Below, one piece after another: positions 8,091 to 16,424 of a DNA stretch of 64,000 nucleotides; position 1 is the stretch's first letter; the number at the start of each line of letters is the position of its first letter. The stretch spans positions 192,001 through 256,000 of the forward strand of contig CBDBZY010000031.1 in the NCBI GenBank assembly GCA_965213685.1, in the 5' to 3' direction. This DNA comes from a bacterium. GTDB lineage: Bacteria; UBA8248. A program made the position numbers and the translations under genes. Below the pieces are notes generated by a model that worked only from the letters and a program-made list of their open reading frames with translations, had not been told where the DNA came from and did not search any database.

Positions 8091-10466
8091 TCAGAATTCC
8101 TTTCGCAAGCCCACCAGCAGGTTGAGCGCGAGGTCCGATGCCGCGTGCCCCGGATTGTGCGAAACGACCGCCTCCGCCCGCAATTCGCCGTCGAACAGCC
8201 CCCGTCCGACCCAGCGGGCCGTCAAGTCAACCTGCCTGCCGGAGGGAACGAGGCCTGCCGAGAACGATTCGCGCAGGACGGCGCCGTCCCGGGTGCGTCC
8301 GATCGGCAGCGTGATCCGCGCCGACCCGTTTTCTATCCGCGGCGGCTGGGACAGCGCAAACGTGATCTCGTCGCGCCCCCAGAACCGGCTGGCGCGCAGC
8401 GAAAGCGCACTCGTGGTCAGCTGCGAGAAGCCGTCGATGACGCCGCCGGCCGCACCCGGTGCGACCAGGCCGACCTCGGCGTCGAGGACGAGGCGCCACC
8501 CTCCCCATTCGGCGGCCGCCTCGAACCCGGCGAAAACGTTGTCGGCCGAAAGCCTCCCGAAGGCGCCCTCCGCCGTGGAGCCGAGGACGCTTTCCTCCTC
8601 CCGAAGCCACCCGACGCGCACGCCGAACGGAGCGTCCGGCGGTCGCCAGGCCAGGTATGCGCCCACTTCCGACGCCTCGTTCGAGAGCGGGTCGGCGGCG
8701 GCGAACGTCGCCGCCTCGAGGCCGCCCCGCGCCTGGAAGGCGAAGGTCGCGGCGCCCTCCGCGAGGTTGAGCAGACTGCTTTCGGCATTCGCCGGCGACT
8801 CGTGGAGGCCGAACCGCCATGCGCCCAGGCGGACGGCGCGCGCACGCGCGCCCACCGTCATCCGCGTGCCGCGCGCGGCGGGCCAGGCGCCGACCCCCTC
8901 CCGGGGCGATGAGACGGGACGGCCGACCCGCGTCAGGGAAGAGGGGCGGGCGGCGGAGCCGGTGAACTGCGAAGCCTCGAACCAGAACGGCGCGCCCAAG
9001 GCGTCGAACGCCGCTATTTCGCGCCCGGCCAACGAGCGCGAGAGGCCGTCCCCGAAGGCGGCGCCCGTCCTGAAGCGGGTGGCCTGTATGTCGGGACCGC
9101 CGCCGCCGACCCGCCCGCCCATGCTGACCCGCGCCGCCTCCACCGGCGAGACCGCAGCGCCCAGGTCCATCGCGCCCTGCCCGTAGATGGAGGAGGTGCC
9201 GTCATCCCGGTCGGCCGCGTATACGCCGCTCTTGTCGGCGGTCGCGAAAAGCCGCGTGACCAGGTCCCTGTTGGAGAGCTGGCCGCGAAAGAACTGCTTC
9301 ATCAGCGCGAGGCCGCCGGCGACCATGGGCGCGGCGAAAGAGGTGCCATAAGTGATGCCGTATAGGAACTCTCCGGGCTGGGGCGGAGGGGAGCCGAAAA
9401 ACGCGACCGTGACGTCGACGCCGGGGGCGGCGATGCACCAGCGCCCGGCAATCCCGCAGCGGTTGGAAAAATCGGCGATCTCCCCGTCCCGATCCAAAGC
9501 CACCACGACGACGCTATGGCCCCGGAGTTCGGGCAGCCGGGCAACCGCCCCGCCGTCAATGCTGGGCGAGGTCGCCCGGTGGGCATAGCCCGTAGGACTT
9601 GCCGAATCGGAAAAGCAGTTCTCATCAATCCCCGGACTGCAGGGTCTGCCGTGGGTGTTGCCTGCGGCCCAGACAAAAATCGCCGGATCCGCCACGCCCC
9701 TCTGCGCGATCACCTCGAGTTCCCGGCCAAGCGCGGCGCGCAACGCGTCTGCGTCATGGTTCTCGATGAACGCGTCGGGGGTGCCGTAGCTGTTGTTGAC
9801 GATGTCGACGCCGCTTCGCAACACCTCCCGATACGCGTCCGCGTAGTCGAACGAACTCTTGCGCGGATCATCCCCTGGGAGGTGAGGGCCGATAGGTATG
9901 GTGAACACCTTGAAGTGGGCGTCGTGGGCGATGCCGACGAAGCCCGCCCCGTTCGGCTGTGCGGCCATGACGCTCGTGACGGCGGTGCCATGCGAAGACT
10001 CACCCAAACGGAAATCCCCATGCTTCTCGTCCGGCAGCCCCTGGAGGCGGATTTCCGTCAAGCTCGCACCCTCGAGCTCGTAATGGGTGAGGTCGACCCC
10101 CGTATCTATGACGCCGATGGTCACGCCGGTTCCGGGCTTCGTCTCCGCGCCGTGCTTCACGGCGAGTGCCGCATGGGCCTCGTGCGCGTTGACGCTTCGG
10201 AGTCCCCACTGCCCCGGGAATTCGCGCCCCCCGCTGGATCCTCCGCTGAATTCGAAGTCCGCGAGAATATCAGCGGCGCGCGCATCCCGAAGGCGGAGGA
10301 ACGCCTCCTCCGAGATGCATCCATGAGCGGCGGTCTCGACGCAGGGAACGACAGGGGCAGGCGCGGCAGTCCGTGAACCGCCGCCGCCCCCGCCGCCGCA
10401 GCCGGACAGGACAAGGAGGAACGACAGCCCGAGGCAGGAGGCAAAACCGCGAGTGCGAACGAACAT
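8091..10466 (-). CDS. S8 subtilisin-like serine protease, lipidated, with probable C-terminal autotransporter beta-domain
   Basis: AAAGGAG RBS; lipobox LSGC plus poly-Gly; triad VIDTG/HGTAV/GTSFAAP; AAGN; C-terminal Phe (GLRKEF). Confidence 0.9.
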   Translation of the reverse strand: MFVRTRGFASCLGLSFLLVLSGCGGGGGGGSRTAAPAPVVPCVETAAHGCISEEAFLRLRDARAADILADFEFSGGSSGGREFPGQWGLRSVNAHEAHAALAVKHGAETKPGTGVTIGVIDTGVDLTHYELEGASLTEIRLQGLPDEKHGDFRLGESSHGTAVTSVMAAQPNGAGFVGIAHDAHFKVFTIPIGPHLPGDDPRKSSFDYADAYREVLRSGVDIVNNSYGTPDAFIENHDADALRAALGRELEVIAQRGVADPAIFVWAAGNTHGRPCSPGIDENCFSDSASPTGYAHRATSPSIDGGAVARLPELRGHSVVVVALDRDGEIADFSNRCGIAGRWCIAAPGVDVTVAFFGSPPPQPGEFLYGITYGTSFAAPMVAGGLALMKQFFRGQLSNRDLVTRLFATADKSGVYAADRDDGTSSIYGQGAMDLGAAVSPVEAARVSMGGRVGGGGPDIQATRFRTGAAFGDGLSRSLAGREIAAFDALGAPFWFEASQFTGSAARPSSLTRVGRPVSSPREGVGAWPAARGTRMTVGARARAVRLGAWRFGLHESPANAESSLLNLAEGAATFAFQARGGLEAATFAAADPLSNEASEVGAYLAWRPPDAPFGVRVGWLREEESVLGSTAEGAFGRLSADNVFAGFEAAAEWGGWRLVLDAEVGLVAPGAAGGVIDGFSQLTTSALSLRASRFWGRDEITFALSQPPRIENGSARITLPIGRTRDGAVLRESFSAGLVPSGRQVDLTARWVGRGLFDGELRAEAVVSHNPGHAASDLALNLLVGLRKEF

Positions 10467-10637
10467 GGCCGTCTCCTTTCAAAGCGATTGCGCGTGCCCG
10501 ACCCTTGTCGCCTGTGAAATGTGCACCGAATTGTAATCCGGCCCTCATCTCATTGCCAACGTGGGCGTGATAGCATAAAGAGGACGCGGAAATATGAGCG
10601 CCCCCCCTCCTTATCAAGCCAGAAGGAAGCGTGAGAG

Positions 10638-11666
10638 ATGAAGCTGGGAATCCTGACCGGAGGCGGAGACTGCCCCGGACTGAACGCGGTCATCCGCGCG
10701 GTGGCGGCGTCGAATTTTCATCGCGGGAGCGAGACGCTGGGCGTCCGCCGGGGGTGGCGCGGGCTGGTCGAGGGGGATTTCGTCGAAATCACCGGGCCGA
10801 TGATCTCGGGCATCCTCGACAAGGGCGGCACCATTCTGGGCTCCTCCAGGACGAATCCGATGAAGGAGGCGGCCACCTTCGCGCGGTTCCGGGAAAACTG
10901 GCGCGCCTCCGGCATCGACGGCCTCGTCGCCATCGGGGGGGACGACACGCTGAGCGTCGCCGCCTTCCTGAGCAAGCGGGGCTTCCGCGTCATCAGCGTG
11001 CCCAAAACCATCGACAACGACATCGGCCTGACGGACTACTCGTTCGGCTTCCACACCGCCGTCGGCGTCATCACCGACGCCATCGACCGCCTGCGCACCA
11101 CGGCGGAGGCCCACGACCGCGTCATCATTCTCGAGGTCATGGGACGCCAGTCGGGCTGGCTCGCCACCTATGCGGGAATCGCGGGCGGTGCCGACCTCAT
11201 ACTCGTGCCCGAGCGTCCCTTCGAGATCGACGAGGTGGTCAGCGTTCTCCAGGGGCGCTTCGCGCGCGGGCGCAACTTCGCCAACGTCGTCGTGGCCGAG
11301 GGCGCCAAGCCCAGGGGCATGGAGCACTACATCACGCGCAGCCAGGCACAAGATGAGTTCGGCCACGTCCAGCTCGGCGGCGTCGGGGAATACCTCGCCA
11401 AGGAAATCGGGGATCGCATGCGCGTGGACACGCGCGCCGTCATCCTGGGGCACATCCAGCGCGGGGGCGCGCCCGTGCCCTACGACCGGGTGCTGGCGAC
11501 CCGCCTGGGCGTGCGGGCGAGCGAATTCGCGCACGAGGGAACCTGGGGGGTCATGGCCGCACTCCAGGGCCGGGACATCCGCCCCGTTCCCCTGGAGGAG
11601 GTTCTCGGAAAGGTGAACGAGCTGCGCGCGGATTTCTACGACGCAGCGGCACTCTTTTTCGGATGA
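10638..11666 (+). CDS. pfkA: 6-phosphofructokinase (PfkA family, group III), probably PPi-dependent
   Basis: GGDCPGLN, GGTILGSSR, GGDDT, PKTIDND, EVMGR, LGHIQRGG motifs. Confidence 0.93.
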   Translation: MKLGILTGGGDCPGLNAVIRAVAASNFHRGSETLGVRRGWRGLVEGDFVEITGPMISGILDKGGTILGSSRTNPMKEAATFARFRENWRASGIDGLVAIGGDDTLSVAAFLSKRGFRVISVPKTIDNDIGLTDYSFGFHTAVGVITDAIDRLRTTAEAHDRVIILEVMGRQSGWLATYAGIAGGADLILVPERPFEIDEVVSVLQGRFARGRNFANVVVAEGAKPRGMEHYITRSQAQDEFGHVQLGGVGEYLAKEIGDRMRVDTRAVILGHIQRGGAPVPYDRVLATRLGVRASEFAHEGTWGVMAALQGRDIRPVPLEEVLGKVNELRADFYDAAALFFG

Positions 11667-11804
11667 GCGGCCCTCCTCCCCTCCAGTCGCAGAGGGCGGG
11701 GAGGGGGCGCATCTGCGCGGAACCTTCGCGCTGCGGGCGCCTTTTCTTCGGGTGCGGGCCTGTGCGCGGAGACGAGACGCGGCGGGGCGCCTCGCCGCTT
11801 CTCC

Positions 11805-11897
11805 TGGCGGAGAGGGGGGGATTCGAACCCCCGAGGCACCTTGTGGGCGCCTATACGATTTCCAGTCGTACTCCTTCGGCCTCTCGGACACCTCTCC
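11805..11897 (-). tRNA. tRNA-Ser(GGA)
   Basis: GGAGAGG/CCTCTCC acceptor stem plus GCCA, anticodon loop CT-GGA-AA, long variable arm, GGTTCGAATCC T-arm. Confidence 0.97.
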
Positions 11898-11957
11898 TCG
11901 GCGCGAGAGTCTGTATATCACGGACGGCTCCGCCTCGCCAGGGATTGCGGATGCCTG

Positions 11958-11986
11958 TTGACTTTTCCCCTCCTTTCCCCGATGAT
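11958..11986 (+). promoter_or_regulatory. Putative sigma70 promoter for the small RNA/sORF unit
   Basis: TTGACT-17 nt-GATGAT. Confidence 0.4.
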
Positions 11987-12017
11987 TCCCGGTACGTCAG
12001 AAAGGAGGTGATCCTAT

Positions 12018-12056
12018 ATGAAAACAGACTGTAGGGACGAGGTGGCTGGCGCTTAG
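12018..12056 (+). CDS. Putative 12-aa peptide MKTDCRDEVAGA
   Basis: ATG correctly spaced behind a perfect extended Shine-Dalgarno; TAG at 12054-12056. Confidence 0.45.
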   Translation: MKTDCRDEVAGA

Positions 12057-12128
12057 GGGAGAGAACCCTGAGGAGGTTCCCGGGGTCATCTTCGCCCAGG
12101 CGAATCCCCACCAGCCCACCGCAAAGGT

Positions 12129-12158
12129 GAAACCCCGGCCCGGGAGGGCCGGGGTTTT
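12129..12158 (+). terminator. Intrinsic terminator
   Basis: GAAACCCCGGCCC-GGGA(GNRA loop)-GGGCCGGGGTTTT. Confidence 0.8.
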
Positions 12159-12237
12159 CGCAACTTTCGTGCGCGGGGAAAACCGCCAAGGCTTCCTCCC
12201 GCATTTTTCCGAATGCTTAGATAAGGAGCGTGTCCGC

Positions 12238-12699
12238 GTGCCTCCGACAACAAACTGGACGGTGTATCTCTCGGGCGAAGTGCATACGGACTGGCGGGAG
12301 CGCATCCGCGAGGGCGCCCGGAAAGCGGGCCTGCCGGTCACCTTCCTGGGCCCGGTCACCGACCACGACGCCAGCGACGACTGCGGCGCGTCCATCCTGG
12401 GCGAGGAGGAAAACCCGTTCTGGAGAGACCGCAAGGGCGCCGGCGTCAACGCCATCCGAACGCGGACGCTCATCGAGAAGGCGGACGTCGTGGTCGTTCG
12501 ATTCGGAGAGAGATACAGGCAGTGGAACGCCGCTTTCGACGCGGGCTACGCGGCGGCGCTCGGAAAGGCCATCATCACCCTGCACGGGGCGGGACACGCC
12601 CATGCGCTCAAGGAGGTGGACGCCGCCGCCATGGCGGTGGCGGAAGCGCCCGAGCAGGTGGTGAGAATCCTGAACTACGCCATCAACGGCGCCTTGTAG
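12238..12699 (+). CDS. YtoQ family protein (nucleoside 2-deoxyribosyltransferase-like fold)
   Basis: VYLSGEVHTDWR, HDASDDCG, RFGERYRQWNAAFDAGYAAALGK, HALKEVDA; GTG after AAGGAG. Confidence 0.88.
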   Translation: MPPTTNWTVYLSGEVHTDWRERIREGARKAGLPVTFLGPVTDHDASDDCGASILGEEENPFWRDRKGAGVNAIRTRTLIEKADVVVVRFGERYRQWNAAFDAGYAAALGKAIITLHGAGHAHALKEVDAAAMAVAEAPEQVVRILNYAINGAL

Positions 12700-12706
12700 G
12701 GGAAGT

Positions 12707-13711
12707 TCAGCGCCTCCGCTCCGGCCTGTCATACACTTCCGGGTTGACCGCCGCGGGCGGCCGCGCGCCCCGGAAAAAATCCAGGACGCACCTCGTCGCA
12801 TGGCGGAGGGTGTTGCGGATCGCGTCCTCGCCGCGCCCGCCCAGATGCGGTGCCAGCACGGCGTTTTCCAGGGTGAAAATCGGATGCGCGCAATCGGGCG
12901 GCTCCTCGGGGAACACGTCGATCCCCGCCCCGCGAATGGTGCCGTCCTGGAGGGCCTGCGCCACGGCGTCGAGGTCGAACACAGCGCCCCTCGAGGTGTT
13001 GAACACGAAGGCGGCCGGCTTCATGAGGCGCAAAATCTCGCGGTTGACGATGTGCTTCGTAGCCGGCGTCAGGGGGACGTGGCACGTGAGGTAGTCCGAC
13101 TCCCTGGCCAACTCCTCCAGCCCCACGAACCGCACGCCCCACCCCCGCGCCGCCTCCTCGTCGCGCACGATGTCGTGGGCGATCACGCGCATGCCGAAAG
13201 CGACGGCTCTCCTCGCGACCTGCTTGCCGATGTTCCCGAATCCCAGAATCCCCATCGTCATTCCGTTCAGCGGACGCATCGGCGGCTGAATCTCCCGCCA
13301 GAGGCCCTTGCGGACGTTGGCGTCCAGCCAGCCGATGCGCCTGCAGGCCGCGAGCATCAGGCCGAAGAGGTGCTCCGCGACGGATTCGGAATTCTGCCCC
13401 GCCGCATTCGTGACGAGGATGCCCATCTCCGTCGCCGCCGGAATCTCGATGTTGTTCACGCCCACCCCCGCGCGGGCGATGATTCGCAGGCGCGGTGCGC
13501 TCTCCATGACGTTTCTGGTGTAGGGCTCGGCCCCGGCGATGACCGCAGCGACGTCCGGCAGGCAGGCGATCACGTCCTCCTCGGGCATGTGGCCGCGGCA
13601 TTCGTCGAGGCGCACCTCCATCCCCGCGTCCGCCAGCGGCTGAAACATTTCGCCGGGACGCTCCAGGTTCAGTATAAAGGGGGTTCCCACCCATACCACC
13701 GGGTTCGCCAT
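12707..13711 (-). CDS. D-isomer-specific 2-hydroxyacid dehydrogenase (SerA-like)
   Basis: ARAGVGVNNI, GFGNIG, HVPLT, NTSRG, DVFPEEP, PHLGG. Confidence 0.92.
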   Translation of the reverse strand: MANPVVWVGTPFILNLERPGEMFQPLADAGMEVRLDECRGHMPEEDVIACLPDVAAVIAGAEPYTRNVMESAPRLRIIARAGVGVNNIEIPAATEMGILVTNAAGQNSESVAEHLFGLMLAACRRIGWLDANVRKGLWREIQPPMRPLNGMTMGILGFGNIGKQVARRAVAFGMRVIAHDIVRDEEAARGWGVRFVGLEELARESDYLTCHVPLTPATKHIVNREILRLMKPAAFVFNTSRGAVFDLDAVAQALQDGTIRGAGIDVFPEEPPDCAHPIFTLENAVLAPHLGGRGEDAIRNTLRHATRCVLDFFRGARPPAAVNPEVYDRPERRR

Positions 13712-13764
13712 CCGTCCTCCGTCTCCTCTTAGGTGAACGATGCGGGAAAATCCACGACCGCGCG

Positions 13765-14535
13765 CTATCTCCCGCGCCATCGGGGCTTTCTTTTCTCCCG
13801 GAACGCCAGGACGCCCTCTTTGGCGTCTTCCGTGTGCAGCACGCGGTTCGCAACGTCGCGCGCCATGCGCACCCTGTCCCGATAGGCCAAGTCCTCGCCC
13901 CGGCGCGCCGCCTCCTTGATGGCGCGGACCGCCGCGGGCGCCGACTCCAGGATTTCCGCGGCGTAGCGCTCCGCCGTCGGAAGCAGCGCGTCGTGCGCCA
14001 CCACCTCGTTGGCTATCCCCAGGCGGAGGCACTCCCCGGCGGGAATGAACTTCCCGCGCATCAGGTAGCCCATCGCCTGGGGCCAGGGGAGCGCGTGCGC
14101 GCACATGGCGGGCCCGCTGACGGAGGAGATGCCCCGCTTCACCTGGGGCCAGCCCAGGGAGGCGCGCTCCGAGAAGATCAGGATGTCCGCGTTCAGGGCG
14201 AAGCCGGCGCCCTGGGCCAGGCAGGGACCGTTGATCGCGCAGATGACGGGCTTGTAGAGATAGCGCAGATACAGATACAGCGCATCGTTCGACATGACGC
14301 GCGGGTCGCTGTTCTCGGGGGCTTTCTCCAGGATGTCCTTTCCCGAGCAAAACACGTCGCCCGCCGCCGTGATGATGGCCACCCAGACGTCCGGGTTGTG
14401 CTTGATGTCCACATACGCATCCTGCACCTCTTTTCGCATGGCGCGGTTGATCGCGTTTTTCTTCTCCGGGCGATTCAGGGTCAGATACGCGACGTGCCCT
14501 TTCACCTCGTACGTGGTCGCCTCTCGATTCGCCAT
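13765..14535 (-). CDS. Enoyl-CoA hydratase/isomerase family protein
   Basis: LNRPEKKNA, FCSGKD, KPVICAING, EDAKEGVLAFREKRKP; GGGAG RBS. Confidence 0.92.
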   Translation of the reverse strand: MANREATTYEVKGHVAYLTLNRPEKKNAINRAMRKEVQDAYVDIKHNPDVWVAIITAAGDVFCSGKDILEKAPENSDPRVMSNDALYLYLRYLYKPVICAINGPCLAQGAGFALNADILIFSERASLGWPQVKRGISSVSGPAMCAHALPWPQAMGYLMRGKFIPAGECLRLGIANEVVAHDALLPTAERYAAEILESAPAAVRAIKEAARRGEDLAYRDRVRMARDVANRVLHTEDAKEGVLAFREKRKPRWRGR

Positions 14536-14748
14536 GCTCAGACTCCCCTTTTTTCGGAAAAGACGGGGGAGGGCGCGCCCATCGCCCCCATGCGTTTCCC
14601 GCAAGACGGACGCCGCCCATTGTAGCGAAAACCGCGAACGAGCGCCGCTGCCGGCGGCGGAAACTTCCTTCTCACCCCCGACGTGTGCGAAACTGAGGGG
14701 GACGCACCCGAGAGAGAGGATACGTTCGCCCGCCGGAGGAGAAGCCGC

Positions 14749-16407
14749 ATGCGCGTGGTCGACGCCGTCGCCCGAATCCTGAAGCGCGAGGGGGTGGAAT
14801 ATCTCAACTGCTATCCCACCACCGTCCTGATCGAGGCCGCGGCCAAGGTCGGCATCCGGCCCATCGTCTGCCGGCAGGAGCGGGTGGGGGTGGGCATCGC
14901 CGACGGCTTCGCCCGCGTCAGCAACGGCGCCACGCCCTCCGTTTTCGCCATGCAGTACGGCCCGGGGGCGGAGAACGCCTTTCCGGGCATCTCCACCGCC
15001 TTCTCCGACTCCACGCCCCTGTTGCTGCTCCCCCTCGGCCACGCCAGGGAGCGGGACGGCGTGTTCCCGATGTTCAGCTCCGTGCGCACATACGCCTCGG
15101 TCACGAAATCAGCGGAGCTCCTCAACGTGCCCGAGCGCACGGCGGACGCCATGCGTCGCGCCATGAACGCCCTGAAAAACGGACGCCCGGGCCCCGTGCT
15201 CGTGGAGCTGCCGGCGGACGTCGCCAACGCCGAGGTGAGCGCGGACCTGCTCCGCGACTACGCGCCCGTGAAGCGGGTCCGCGCCCAGGCGGACCCGGCA
15301 GACGTCGAGAGCGCAGCCCGCGCGCTGCTGCAGGCGGAGCGTCCGGTGATCCTCGCCGGCGCGGGCGTGCTCTACGCGCAGGCCACCGATGCGCTGAAGA
15401 CGCTGGCGGAGCTTCTGGAGATTCCCGTCATGACCACCATGGAGGGCAAGAGCGCGATCTCCGAACGGCGCCACCCCCTGGCCCTCGGCGTCGGCTCCAG
15501 CGTCATGGCCGGCCCCGCCTACCACTTCCTCAAGGATGCGGACCTCGTGTTCGCCGTCGGCGCGAGCCTCACCGACCATGGGCTCGCCACGCCCATACCC
15601 GCCGGCAAAACGATCGTCCAGGCGACGAACGACCCCGTGGACATCCAGAAGAACCATTTCGTGGCCCACCCCGTCCTCGGGGACGCGGAGCTCGTCCTCC
15701 GCCAGTTCATCGATTGCTGCACCGAGCGCCTCAAAGGATCGGACCGCTCGGAGCGCGGCGGCCGAGTCCGGGAGCGGGTGGCGCGGGCGCGCAGGGCCTG
15801 GCTCGACGCATGGGCGCCCAAGCTCACCTCCGATGAAGTGCCCATCAATCCCTACCGCGTGATCGCGGAGTTGATGCAAAGCGTGCCGCCCTCCGAAGCC
15901 ATCGTCACGCACGACTCCGGAAATCCGCGATACGAGGTGCTGCCCTTCTACCAAGCGGACGGGCCGCGCTCCTATCTGGGCTGGGGAAAATCCCACCAGC
16001 TCGGCACGGGACTCGGCCTCGCCATGGGCGCGAAGCTGGCGGCGCCCGACAAATTCTGCGTGAATTTCATGGGCGACGCCGCGTTCGGCATGACGGGGAT
16101 GGACTTTGAAACCGCCGTGCGCTCGAACCTTCCCATATGCACGGTGGTGCTCAAGAACTCGACCATGGCGGTGGAGGCGAACCACATGGCGCTCTCCCAT
16201 GAAAAGTTCAACACGCGCGACGTCGGGGGCGAATACGCCGACATCGCCAGAGCGCTGGGCGGGTGGTCGAAGCGCGTGGAGAGGCCCGGCGAAATCGGCG
16301 CGGCCTTCCTGGAGGCGAGACAAAAAACGCAGGCGGGGGAGGCCGCCCTCCTCGAATTCATCACGAGCGAGGAGATGGCCTACTCCCACCCCCATCCGTT
16401 CGGGTAG
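14749..16407 (+). CDS. Thiamine diphosphate-dependent enzyme (acetolactate synthase-like)
   Basis: RQERVG, QYGPG, GRPGPVLVELP, GDAAFGM ThDP motif; GGAGG RBS. Confidence 0.92.
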   Translation: MRVVDAVARILKREGVEYLNCYPTTVLIEAAAKVGIRPIVCRQERVGVGIADGFARVSNGATPSVFAMQYGPGAENAFPGISTAFSDSTPLLLLPLGHARERDGVFPMFSSVRTYASVTKSAELLNVPERTADAMRRAMNALKNGRPGPVLVELPADVANAEVSADLLRDYAPVKRVRAQADPADVESAARALLQAERPVILAGAGVLYAQATDALKTLAELLEIPVMTTMEGKSAISERRHPLALGVGSSVMAGPAYHFLKDADLVFAVGASLTDHGLATPIPAGKTIVQATNDPVDIQKNHFVAHPVLGDAELVLRQFIDCCTERLKGSDRSERGGRVRERVARARRAWLDAWAPKLTSDEVPINPYRVIAELMQSVPPSEAIVTHDSGNPRYEVLPFYQADGPRSYLGWGKSHQLGTGLGLAMGAKLAAPDKFCVNFMGDAAFGMTGMDFETAVRSNLPICTVVLKNSTMAVEANHMALSHEKFNTRDVGGEYADIARALGGWSKRVERPGEIGAAFLEARQKTQAGEAALLEFITSEEMAYSHPHPFG

Positions 16408-16424
16408 TCGCGGCGCGCGTCCGG

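Larger units (their letters stand above)
11993..12158 (+). ncRNA. Putative structured small RNA / sORF transcript
   Basis: Promoter-like element, extended SD AGAAAGGAGGTGATCC, nested stems and terminator in an otherwise gene-free gap; 5' end is estimated. Confidence 0.55.

Noticed and set aside
11666-11805. Integrated element at the tRNA-Ser 3' end
   Set aside because: No integrase and no duplicated tRNA 3' end seen; the neighbour is the housekeeping pfk
10614-11921. 435-aa minus-strand ORF
   Set aside because: Runs through the tRNA and antisense to pfk
11999-12014. 16S rRNA gene remnant
   Set aside because: The match stops after GATCC and does not continue into the expected (A)GCCGCA; no other rRNA sequence nearby
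12707-14620. Long fused ORFs in the track (also 36143-38233, 42844-44340, 45021-46487, 56378-58693)
   Set aside because: N-terminal extensions are off-frame readings of upstream genes; true starts lie downstream where family homology begins
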